A stretch of 64,000 bases of DNA from NCBI RefSeq assembly GCF_037042905.1, contig NC_087251.1, positions 19,842,001 through 19,906,000 of the forward strand. The letters are read 5' to 3'. The notes beneath the pieces were generated by a model that was not told where the DNA came from, made no database searches, and was given only the letters and a program-made list of their open reading frames with translations. The first letter of the stretch is position 1. Each line of letters starts with the position of its first letter. The translations under genes and the position numbers were made by a program. Source of the stretch: Lytechinus pictus (lineage: Eukaryota). This document shows, piece after piece, positions 29,384 to 44,800 of the stretch.

Positions 29384-29828
29384 TTACCCCATATCCACCA
29401 GGTTATTGGCCATGTGAGGCAGCATAGAGTTTTGGATGGAGTTTTGCAGCACCGAATCGGCGGCGTTGACCGGTGCGAGAGCTTGGGCGGCCGCCTCGGC
29501 AGCGCCGGGTGGTAAGTTCGTGATTCCGTAACCCGTTTTACTCAGTTCGCTCATCATCAGACCGGCGGGTCCGTGACTGTGAGGATGGGGGTGGCTATGG
29601 CTATGGCTATGGCTATGGCCGTGGCCGTGGCTATGCGGGTGGACGTGGCTGTGTTGATGACCATGACTATGATGAGGATGATGGTGCCCCACGTGCCCCA
29701 TGTGATTTACGCCCATATCTACCGACGTCGTCTCGCCCAAATTTTCTTTCCCATTCATAGGCAGGTCCTCTTCTGAACTTGTACTAGGTGTAGCCATTTT
29801 AGTTTTGCTCTCTTGTTCAGCATTCTCC
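29384..29828 (-). CDS. Six1/2: Six1/2 coding exon 2 (C-terminal region with His-rich tract, ends NLVDMG*)
   Basis: A pyrimidine-rich acceptor (TTTTCTCATACTTTTAAACTCCAG|G) restores the frame as ...AKE-R-ENAEQESK, matching the AKER|EN junction of vertebrate SIX1/SIX2. The end NNLVDMG* resembles the vertebrate LVDLGS* terminus. Spliced CDS is 554+445=999 nt, 332 aa. Confidence 0.93.
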
Positions 29829-32330
<2,502 letters not shown>

Positions 32331-35244
32331 ACGGGGTGGGGACTAGAGCTAGCCTTCCATTTCCTTGCCTACCACCGGCACAATCTTGCCCTAACTCCTT
32401 TGTTCAACCTCTCCTCTGGGCCTGATTTCTTGCAAGGCACTGGTAAACGAGGCTACTCGACGATCCCCGTCAAAAATTCAGTAACTGTTGCAAATTGGAA
32501 GAAATAACCGAGAGAAAACACAAAAAGTCACGTTAGAAAACAATATATCACAGATGATCACTTATCTTTATTAACAATCGTAAATATCATGCTCATCCCC
32601 CGGCAAGTGATGGCAGCAGAACTCATATTTTCAACCATAACTCACCCCCATGAAATTGCAAGTCAATTCATATTCCTGTGCGAGGCAAAATATGTTACTG
32701 CCAACTTCTTATTCTTCTCTGCAATAATCCCTGTCTCCCATCTTTCATCTGAATATTATCAATCGTTCAACGAGGCATTTCAGGTACATTGGGGTCAGAT
32801 TTTGTTTAACGCTGTGATCAGAGCAGCGAAAGGGTTTTTGTGGGGGAAATGTGAATCTTTTGGGCTGTCTCTAAACCTTCTCTACTCTAGCGAATAAACA
32901 TTGCCACTGGCAAACCATAATGGATTGGAAGGGTAAGTGGGTTCGTCCCGGCCATTGACAGAAAACTTTCTTAGGGCTGGCTTCTAAAATAGCTTGGGAA
33001 CAGAAAACATACCAAGAAACCATACATGGCACACCTTTCTCATGGTAAAACATGTTAATAAGAGCTGCTTTCATAAAATACAGTGTTAACTCAAGGTCAC
33101 ATACATTTCACCACATAAAAGCTACTAGCATTTATAAAGAAAAGAGCATACAGTTTTAGCGATTGAGCAAATAACCGCTTGTAGCCGATTCATAAAAGCC
33201 CGTCTTGGTTAAGAATCACAAGACACCCGATTTGAGACGAATTCTTTTAGAACAATAGCAATAATTAAAATTATAATTATGTTAAGAATAATCATAATGA
33301 TCATAAACATAATGATACTAGGCGGCTTGTAAAATACTACAAACAGCATCAGTAGAAAATGCACTAATGAAACTATACTACTACTACTACTCCTCCTTTT
33401 GGCAGAAATAGTAAGATAGTAGTAATAGTGGTAGTCGTGTAGAGTAGTAGTAATAATATATTATCATATTTTGATCTTACGGATATTGATAATGATGTTG
33501 AACTGTAAGTGTCAAAATAGGAACTGTAGTTTCCTATACGGAACATTGCCAGGAGAATTATGTTTGGAAATAATGGAAAAATTATGCATGCTGCCAACAT
33601 AGCACGATGTGAGCTTGGATGGGCCATGTAAAGAAAGGTCATGTCTTCCCACAGTTCAATTCGTCAATAATAACATAGGCCTATAATCGATATTGTAATT
33701 TATCATGCATGTAACTATGATTGTCTTTTGATAAATCATAATGAAATAATAATATAAGTGCATCAACATTCTCATCATTCTGCATGCTCATTCTTTTAAC
33801 GGTTTTATATAATGTTAAACGCAGGAGAATTTTGTAATACGGTGTACATCACATTTGCTAAGCAACGCCGAACAGTATATGGCCTTTATTGAACTGAAGA
33901 TGTTTACAAATTACCATTTTCTTTTCTTTTCTTTATTTTATTTTTTTTTTTTTGGGGGGGGGCTCAACAAAGATTTTAACCATTGACTTATTTATGACTG
34001 AATTTGACTATAGATTATGTCACTCTCACATGTTTAATACCCGGTTCACCAGATGATTTTCATGAGAGTTGAAAGAGCAAAAAACTGTATCGTCAGATGC
34101 TCTTTGGGTGAATACAGAGAGATTTATGTTTTGGATTTATCTTTTTAGTAGTGGTTCAATTATGATTTGAAATTAGGTCAGCGGTGTATTTAAATAGTAA
34201 AATGAATTAATGGAAAAGACAGAAGAAATTAAAAGTAAAACAATTCAGAGCGAAGAAAGAATTACGTTTAAAATTATGACACTTTCTACATTATACGTTT
34301 TACGCATGAAATTAATTTAACAATAATTATCCTCAATAATGCTTAACAAAATACACCCCGATGACCATCATCAATTTTGAATGGAGTAAGGACTGGAGAT
34401 CATTCACGATTGGCGACCTGATATTTTCCTCCTGATTTGCCACATACAAAGAATGACCGACCAGACGGGCGTTAGGCAATATAACTCACACTGTGATATT
34501 ATTATTGTGACTGACCAATTGTGCTAATCGACCATAAACTCTGTATATCTCGGGCGCGAGGTCTGTGATAAAGTACAAAGCATTTGATTCAACCAGGGAA
34601 GTATACCTCCCACTCCATCTCCCGGGATTTCATAAAAGTTTACTCCATGGAGGAGGAAGAGAGAGAAGGGGAGAGTGAGAGAAGGAGAGAGAGAGTGGGG
34701 AAGAGAGAGGAGGGGTAGGGCGGGGTACCGTATAGCTGGAAAGTAAACGTATAAAGTTGCGGGTGCACGCTCCTTTGTTTTAACGCAGAACAAAGGGTTG
34801 TATGTCATTAAGATTCCTGGTACACACCAGTATCTCATTATGGCGCCTGTAAATTAAAGATGCGGTTGGTTGAGCTTTCCCTTATCGTGAGGCATAAATC
34901 AAACTGGTGTCTATGGCTGTTGAACCGAGTAGAGAGTGTGACGTAATAATTAAAATCACGGTGTAAAATAATGACGAAATCAAATCAGTGTGCCTCATTG
35001 TTCAAAACGTTGATGAAATGAAATACCAAAATCTCCACCAATCTACAATCAGTATCAAATACCAGTAATGCACTGTTTATGTGCTTGTTTTTATTTTGTT
35101 TGTATTTTATTTTCAATTTCTAATATAGTTTCATGACCGGTATTTGGAAGGACCAACCATAGGCCATGGTGTATTAAATACAGCAAATGTATACTTTCTG
35201 TATTCCTAGTAGATTTGGACAGCACCATCCGTAAACAACTTTAA

Positions 35245-35844
35245 CGGTCAAGTTCACCCCAGAAAAATGTTGATTTGAATAAATAAAGAAAAATCAGATA
35301 TGCATTATGCTGAAAATTTCATCAAAATCGGATGTAAAATAAGAAAGTTATGACATTTTAAAATTTCGCTTATTTTTCACAAACAGTGATATGCACAACT
35401 CAGTGGCATGCAAATAAGACAGTCCATGATGTCCCTCACTCACTATTTCTTTTGTTTTTTTATTGTTTGAATGATACAATATTTCATTTTTTTACAGATT
35501 TGACAATAAGGACCAACTTGATTGAACCATATAGTATCAAACAATGCTAATTGCACATGTTCAGAGAGGAAGTAATCGTTGTTTCACACGACAACAGGGA
35601 GAAAATTCGAATATTTCATACTTCACATAATAAAATACAAAATAAATAGTGAGTGATGTCATCAGTCTCCTCATGTGCATACTGACAATGATGTGAATAT
35701 AACTGTTTTGTGAAATTAAGCGAAACTTTAAAATGTCATAACTTTCTTATTTTACATCCGATTTTGATGAAATTTTCAGTGTTATGCTTATTGGATTTTT
35801 CTCTTTTTATTTGAATCAACTTTTTGTTGGGGTGGACCTGTCCT
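35245..35844. mobile_element. Non-autonomous foldback MITE, Kolobok-like (TTAA target-site duplication)
   Basis: Long imperfect terminal inverted repeats of about 230 bp, e.g. CTGAAAATTTCATCAAAATCGGATGTAAAATAAGAAAGTTATGACATTTTAAA is present in both orientations. TTAA flanks at 35241-35244 and 35845-35848. Ends read (A/C)GG...CCT, which fits Kolobok better than piggyBac (CCY ends). Confidence 0.85.
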
Positions 35845-38800
35845 TTAAATCAAAGCTCTAAACACATCTATTTAATTACTAACAAGCATTTTAGGAGTCC
35901 CATAAACCGCAGTAGAATATAAACTTTATGGAATAGTTTATGCGCTCTACAAGTTTATATATTGTTATTATTATTATTTTTTTTTATTTTTTATAGTTTA
36001 TATTATTTCTCTTTATCATAATTCATGAATCAAAGAGAGAATTTGTATTTTTGCTATTATTGGCAACTTCGACGTGACTTCAATAATTTGTTACATAAAA
36101 TTTTAGAACATTAAATAAAGTTTTTCTTTTTACTCATCACCATGGGTCATTTTAATGATTTTTTATCCATTCTTTCACTCTAAAATTCAAATATGATCAA
36201 AGAAGACACATGTAAAATTATCATTTGATTTTTCCCTTATTATGAAAGTAATTTGTATGTAGATTATATTTTAGACAACGTAGCGATGATGCATGGCAAG
36301 TTACGCGGTATCAGAGGAGGAAATTCTGAAGAGACCTAAACCCTCCAAAGGGCAAAGCCTTTAAAGAGGTTGTTTTCCCGGAACAATACTTTCATATTTT
36401 ATGCAGTTAAACTTACTAGAGAGGATATAATCTTAACCATAAAATGGTTGTTTTTTCCTCCTTCTTTCTTCCGGGAGGAGATTCCTCATGCTGTTTTAAG
36501 CAACAAACAACCCCCCAAAAAAGACAGAAAACATGCCAAAACATCAAAAAAAGTATCGATCTAAGAGGATATGCAGTTTGTTATTTTGTATTACAATTCT
36601 ATGTTAAGACATCCCTTCAAAGACGAGTTCATGATCACAAAACGGACGGAAGCTTTTCAAGATATCATTGACTCGAGAAGGAAACTCGTATAGCTCTTCA
36701 AAATATTTTCTGCCAAATGATACTTGTTTTGTCATTTTCTTTGTAGGCCAAGCTTCCCCTGTAAATCTTGTAAGGTCACTATGTTCAAGGGAATCGATGG
36801 TCATGATGGTAGTGGTGCGAGGTGGTGGTTGCGGCGGTGGTATAGAAAATGTAGCCGGAAACATCTCAGGGTGTTCACCTTATCCACTTACAAAGGTGAA
36901 ATCTCGAGAATTTTATTTTTATTAAATCAACTGAACTCTTTCAACAACTTATATGCATTTTGCAATGCTTTCACTACATGAATTAAAAAAGGGCGTATCA
37001 GATTCACGATATTGATATAAGATAGTGCCCATTCGTGTAATGTATTAATTATGAATTTGATCTGAGTGTAATCAATTGACATTTGATTCCAGCGGAAGTT
37101 AATTTCCTTTGTGATTACGATATGTAGAGAAGATTAAAAAGGCCCCAAGAAAAGAAAACGAAGAACTGTGCATGTTACTGAGATATTTATTTAGCATCGG
37201 TAGTTTATAATCTCCGCGTAGTTTATAATCTTAAAATTATGCATTAGGTCCTGTAAACGGGTGTAAAAGCAGTCTTGCTGGTTTTACTTTCGCCATTTTT
37301 TTTGTTTATACATATCAATCTAGCATCGCCGAATTTTTCACAATATGTTATGCCTTTGCTGCTTGTGAAAAGAAACCCAATCCTTGAATGTAAAATCTTT
37401 TTTATTTTACTGAGGAGGTGATAAAAGAATCGTGAGAATATCTGAATGCCAAAATATCGGGTTTTTGTGCATTTTTAAAATTAATCGGTAAATAAATTCA
37501 AATCAGTAAAATAGACCATTGTCAAAGATGGTCTATTTAAATATATTGATAGCGCCGCGTATAATATCCTTTTAAGCATTTGAACACTTTTTAAAATAGC
37601 AACCATTCTTACTCATCTGTTCTCCATGTTCTCGTCTGTATGATCTGAGAATGCTGAGTGCGAAAGTAAATCTTTACAAAAATACCCAAAATATTTGTTT
37701 AAGTGGGGGCGTTTCTCGTCATATAAACCGTTACACAATTACTAAAAATCATTTTAATCATGTGTATGTTTATCTTCTAATTATTGATTTTGCTATATCA
37801 ATTCATATTTGCTGTATCATTAAGATTTGCTAAATCATCACAAGACTGCATAAATCGTAGAAAATGTTTCCGTCGATGTTTATGACTTCAAGCATTGTAA
37901 TGCAAAACGTCCAGGTTGACAAAAACAAGACCGCGAAATCGGTCAAACTTCTCAAGCTCATTGACGGCCAGAAAAAATCAGATCTAATCGTATTTGATGA
38001 GAAATGGTATTAAAATCAACAAGATGTCGTCCATCTGTGTCTAATTTCCTTTACATCGTTAATAACCATCTCCGAAGTCTGACCATAGTCTGCGATCGCA
38101 AAAATACCTTTGCCACGTCATGAATCCCGCCTTCTTAAATTATCATTTTGTTTTGTTATTTCCTGTTATATTTCCCCTGTTTTTATATATTTTCTTCCTC
38201 TTTTGATAGTTGTAATAAATATTTCTTTCAAACTGACCATATTTTCTTGCTGGTTTCTATTAGATTTTGTAAGATTCCAAATCCCTTCTTCCTTTCCCCC
38301 CTGTTTCCGTTTTCCGCCTTCATATCGCAAAAAAGGTCTGAATCATTTCAATCTAAACAAGTCATAAGTATTTTTGATGAATTGCATCAAATATTATCTG
38401 TCTATATTGTATTTGCACAAAAATGGTCTCTATGGTTAATTTTTTTCAATGAATCCGAGTGGGAAAGCACAATAATAAAAAAAAACTTGCAAATTTAGAG
38501 CAGTATTTGACCGATATGAAGTTATCCCTTCGGGATCAAACGATTACTAACTTGCGGTAACTACACATTCTCCTTTCATTCTATTTTAATTGATACATCT
38601 TTAGATTTTTGTTTTTCTATTCCCAACTTGAATACTATGCAGTCCTATTATAAATTTCTACTAACTAATCTTAAGAATTGGATTTACATTTTAGAAAGTT
38701 GTTGAAATGATTCCTGAGCGCATTTCATTAACTTTTATCATTATTGTAATTTTCTGTATTTCACCGAACGTCGTACACGATGGGTCAAATTCATGACTGC

Positions 38801-41800
38801 CATGTATAAGTTGACGTGGGCATATTATGTATTGCAAATGGGTTTTTTTTTATATCGAAATATGAAAAATGTGAATTTCCAAGCTCTAGAATAGAATGGG
38901 CACGCATCAATGTAAATAATTGATCTTGAAGATGGAAATTCATATGAAAATGTAATTCCAGATAATTCTCGGAGTTCACTAACCGATGTTCAAGAGGAAT
39001 ATAACACGCGTGTACATGCGATCGTGACTATTTTCGACTAGAATTTTCAAATAGATAACAATGGACGATTTGAAGGATTTGTTTGGTTTGTTTGTCTTTT
39101 TCGAAGAAAGGGAAACTACCGTACTGGGGATGGGGCTATCGGATGACTTGATGTTCAAGGTTTGGCTGCTTTGTATGAAATTACTTTTTTTTTATACGAC
39201 ACAAACATGGCTTTTATGTCTTGGGCTCTTTTTATTGGATACGGCTATAAATGAATCGTCATAATACTGACAAAATACATGGAGACGGACATTCCTATCC
39301 ACCTATACCCGTCCGGGAATGTTTCATGCAACAACTTCTTGATCATAATGACTTGAGAATACATGTTGGTAGGGGATCCATTTCATATTGTGCCCATGGT
39401 AGCGCAGCAATAACATAATGTCCTCAAATTTGTCAGAAATGATTATGATGATTTTGACGACTCATAACGAGCGAGATGACACCGTTTGGATTACATCTAC
39501 TCTCTGTACCGCCCATCAAGATGTAAACTGAACCACTTTCGCTTTCCACGAATGGTTGCTTCTTTCAAACCATTCATTTTTTTGATATATACATATCTCA
39601 TCCTCGACAGCTATTATAATCTTCTCCAAATTGCGGGAAACCCTTACATGTCTCCAATAAACTTGTAAAAGGACATTGCGAAAGTCCATTTGATAATTAA
39701 ATTGTCCTTTTTATTCGACCAAAATGAAGGCGTTATGTGAGATTTGTTTCCAACCATTGCATCGCTTGAGATGGGTTATAGATCCTTCCATAATGATGTT
39801 CAAGTATGAAAAACAGCAGTGTTTTCATTTTATGGTTTCAATCTTGTCTTAACATGATTAACGCCTCTTACTTCCTGTACTATACTTAAGAATAAAATCG
39901 ATTGATTTTATTCAATCCCAGTCTTCCATTATTAGTATTTCTCAGTATAAACATGATAAAAGACAAGTGCAGATTGTTTATGAACAATTTGAAGAAAAAA
40001 AAATAAAAAACGGTTTCTAAAATGTATACAGTTTTCGCATGTCTCATAGCAGTTTAAAAAATAAAACGGATTGTGAAATGATTAATTATTTGAAATTTGC
40101 TTTGATCATAATGATACACATCAATACCGGACAAACTTTCCATTAATCGTTCAAAGCATATTGCTCGTCACAGCGTTTTGAACGAGAAATTCGTGCTGAC
40201 TTTGGCGATATAATACAGATAAATCATTACTTTGTTTCTGGTTTTTTTTTTTCGTTTTTCTATATCTCAGAAAATGTATGATCTTCGCAAATCTACTGAG
40301 AGAAGCAGTCGTTGCAGGAGCGCGTGTGTGGATCGTAAAACATCAAAATTTGGAAGCAGAAAGGGGTTGATTTTTACAGGCTTGCCTTCAAGCTAGGGTA
40401 CCTCTGCTCTCACAGCGTGGAACGATCCACCATGGTTTGTTTCTTCTCAGTTTTTGACACGATAACATCAGAAAATATTACCAGTTCGACAGAGATCTCA
40501 CAGATGCATTCCCCAATGGCCTTTCTTTCTCTTCCTTTGACTGCAGACAGAGAAAGTAAATGTCCAAAGATGACAATTCTTGTGGTTGTGTATAGTCAAT
40601 GTGGTTTGCAAACCACGTTTTTGGTTATAATGGTCATGACGGAAGACATGATTGAACATGAATGCAAATAGAATAGTTTTCACTAACGTAATGCAATAAA
40701 TTGCTTTGGATTCATTTTAATTAGATGTAAAATGATATCAAATGGAAAGGCGTTCTGATAAATTTAGATTGTAAACGGAGATGGAAATATGTGAACAGAA
40801 ACATTACCATAGTTGCAATCAGGAAGTTTTGTTAAGAAAGTTTTTCAGCGTTCATTCTTGTGTTCATTCTACATATTCCGAAATATTTTTTATTCATGTT
40901 TTTATTAATGTCCTTCAAAATATGTAGTGCATAATATATCTGACTATAAATTATAAGAACACTTCATGAAATTATAGTAAAAATCAATTGTATTTTGCAT
41001 ACATTCAGGAGATTTAACATTGAGAAAAACTGGTAACTGATCAATTAAATACCAGAAAATAATGATTGTCAGGTTTGTTTTGGACTTCTACAGTCAAATT
41101 AAAAACGTATTATCAATCTAATTCAAGAGATAATGATTTGATGTAGGTTGTTATAATTTATCAATTCCTAGATGCCTCGATAGTATTTTTGTCTGAAGTT
41201 TGAATAAGATAGTTACTATACTTTTTATAAACTTTCAAAGACCAAACGATAATATTGTGATAATTTTTACAGTTCAAGTCAGCCTATATGCTTATATTGA
41301 ATAACAGATAAAAAAAAGTAGCATATACAGTAATGAATTATTGGACTTTTAGTATAGTTTTCTTTTAATCCCAATAACATAACTTTACACTGTTGGAAAG
41401 AATCAAGTATAAGTATACATCTAACTTAAACAGTGAATTCACATCACATTAAATATGTAATCTGTCCACGTTAACTATTATAGGGCACCGCAATATTTTG
41501 TAAATGGGATCTTATTTACTTCCTATACTTTTGGCATATTTTATATTACTTTATAATGTATGAAATATAATTTTTTTAAAGTGTGCAATACTAAAATTCA
41601 TGGAGCTTTTTCTGAAAGGTCTCATTGTTTTTTTTACTATGATGGTTCGATAGCATAGGCATGCGTGAGTGATAAAGATGTTGTTGTCTTCGCTTTCTGT
41701 TTGCACAAACTGTATCGGAAGCACTTGGGCATTCTCTGCATCATATACATGCTTTGGTTTCGGGAGAATAATCTCCATTTACTTGTTGAAGAGTCATCAT

Positions 41801-44800
41801 GTACAGTGAGGAGTAATGATGAACAAAAGAAATATCGGTAGCATAGCCTAAAGCTTTGCTTTTTAAGATGACCAGTAAAAGAACTGAGGCGTTATCAACC
41901 ATCGCGGCTTAACACACCTTTTTAGAGAATGGAGTGGGTATATCGTTCATAGGCACCGAGTTCCTGACTTTTCATCCCATGAAATATCAGTGTCTTCTAC
42001 CTGTATCACTCTAGGTGTATTGTTGCCTGATCAAGAGTCATGCTTACGGAGCTAAGAGATATTATATGTTTATCTAGTCCATTGATATAGCTCATTTTAC
42101 CGCGGTTTTATCCCAGACCGACCCGAACGGAAACGAGTCGGTACTCCAGGCGGCTCGTCGTGGCGCAACGCGGGGTCTTATTCACGTAGCCCGATCCCGC
42201 CGAGGCAGGGGAGAAGTACCCCACTACAAACTCGGTACGTGGGACTGATAGGGAAGCTGAGACCTATTCGAGGGTTCTTGAGCGATGTAAAGCGCTAGGG
42301 GCCGTTGTGTCGATACAGCTCTCGAGTCGGGCCGTAAACTTTAAAAAGCTGTGTGGTTTTCCTCTTGAACTTTCTCGGTTTGGGAATTTCAAGTTAACCA
42401 TGAGAGACGTTTACCTCTAAAATATCCAGGTATATTCATGTCTACTTAGAGGTCACGGTGAGCGTTTGAGGGGAAATAATTGAATCGAAATTACTTCAAC
42501 TGCGGTTCACATGCAATTCAAGCTTCTTGTTCTATTTTCTACGCTCACTTTCACTGCACAGTAAAACAAAATACAAAAATAAAATAGTCAAACAAGACAA
42601 AAAAATGTAAAAAAAACGTATATAGACCCAATAATTACATGAGGTCATATTCAATTGTTTTACTGTTCTCTGTAACGTTTAAAATATCATTGGCCTATAT
42701 TGTCCTATACAAGCCTTTTCATGCCCTCGTATGATTTTCTTTTTCAATCATACCTCATGGGTAAATATGACATACATGTATGTTCAAAATATCATGATCT
42801 TCTAAAGCGACATTCGATTCTTTCATTCATTTTTTCACAAAAATATTTTTGTCTGGTATTAACAAAGCTAAAAAAAAAAATCCTTGTAGGAGGAAGTGAA
42901 AAAAATTAATTGTTTACTCAATGACTCCTTGTCTAAGATTGCCAATAGAGGCTGCAGATGATTTTGATTGTTTTTGAAAAATAATAAAATGCCAACCTCA
43001 GTCAATGATTTATTCTTGAAATCTGCCTGTTAAGGTTTTGAAAGTGTTTTATAAAAGAAACTCGCAATAGAAATTTGTAAATTTAAACAAATGAAAATTG
43101 TAATGTCTCACCAATTACCTAATTATGAATTGAAACGATACAAAAACATCATGTATACAACTTTATAAAGGTAAAGTTTTCACCACATGAGGTTGACAAA
43201 AGAAAGAAATTCGATTTTACTTCTTTAAGAAAACTTAAGAATTCAACTTAATACAAAGGAAAGAGACCTATTGATTATTAAGTTTCCTTTCTGGAAATTT
43301 ATATAAAACTTGTTTTTATTGTAAGCATTGCGATTTTGACAATTTTAATGTGGAAGGGGCATATTTCTCTTCGAATGATGCTTTTATAAAGAAAGATTTG
43401 GGAGAATAGGAAAAGAAATGGAGTCATTTCAAAGAACTTACAGAACAAAATGACACGATGCTTTGTCATTACAATGTGGTATTGGTTTGTATTTTTTTAA
43501 CAATATAATTTGTCTCTTTCTTTTCCACAAAGATTTTTAGCTGATAGATTGCGCTTCATGTTTTCTCAAATTAAGGGCGTACATCACGACATTGATTGTG
43601 AAGTAAGGGAAATGATCAATCATGATTTTCATACATAAATAACCGTAACAATAACGAAGTAATTTGTTATAAAATAAGATATTTCGTATTATTTTAGCAC
43701 CTTACACTAGTCGTAAACGTCACTAGCCCTGCTATTTACGTCTGGAGAAATGGGACGTCTTGCCTTCATCGTGACAAAATAATGACGTGCTTAAGGTGAA
43801 ACGTGTCGTTGGGGGCGGTATTCCAAAAAGACAAAAATGGATGTGGATAATGGACAGTTTGCTTCTCGTAATCTAAAGAGAGTCAACTTCATCATCCTTA
43901 TTCATTCACACTCACTCTCAGCCAGTCCCAAGTGAAATTTTGTTTGTTGGAAGTCAGCTCCATATTTTAGCACTTCCATTCTTTTTCTCCTTTTACACCG
44001 TTCTCACACAACAAGATAATGCAATGATATTTGCATGATATACCCAGGCTCCTGTTTCACATAGATCTGGAACGTAATGAAAAAAAAAGGGGCAAGAAAT
44101 TGAAGATATCTATTTGGGGCATGACATATGGGCGGACACGATAGGGCAATCAATGATGTCAAATAGGTGAAAATCGTGTCTATGGAATGGTATGGATTAT
44201 GCTTCATCACAACTAAAATATCGTATACTCCCATGGTTCTGGGTCTCATAGTATATCGGGTAGAGACCCCAGTATACAGATCGGTGTAAAGGTGTAAGCA
44301 ATTAGCACCGGTTTCTAAATCCCCAAACGGTGAACCAGGGTTCACTCGCCACCCTCTCTCCTTACCCTATACTCTCTGTCAACCAAACTCCTATCAAAAT
44401 CCTTAATCCCAGAGTTCTTTCTCTCTCTGTTTTATTTTCTTTCATTCATTTTTTTCTTTCTCTCTCTTCTTTTATTTTTACTATTTTTCTTGGAGAGAGA
44501 GCTCATGAATGGTGCTTAGTATTTCCAGTGAGCGATATCGGGTTTCGAACCAATTCTGCATCCATCAGCTTGGTGAACCCGTACTGGTATTACTTACTGA
44601 CCCCTCGGTGCTAGCGCTGACGGATGGGGACCCCAGCGTTTTCGGGGCGACGCGAAGAGAGGCACTCGCTCTTACTTGAGATATAGACTGGCAGATGTGG
44701 TCCTGCCGACATCAGGCTTACTTTATTCTGCCAATCAAAAACAATGCCAGCCCGTCAACCATGGTTACCATGGAAACAGAACATATCTCACTCGTTTTTA

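Noticed and set aside
29573..29776. Antisense MAMAMA ORF
   Set aside because: Reverse-strand shadow of the His-X hexamer repeat.
42245..42270. Hammerhead ribozyme core
   Set aside because: CTGATAG differs from CUGANGA and no GAAA follows stem II. The same lack applies to the minus-strand CTGATGA near 10485.
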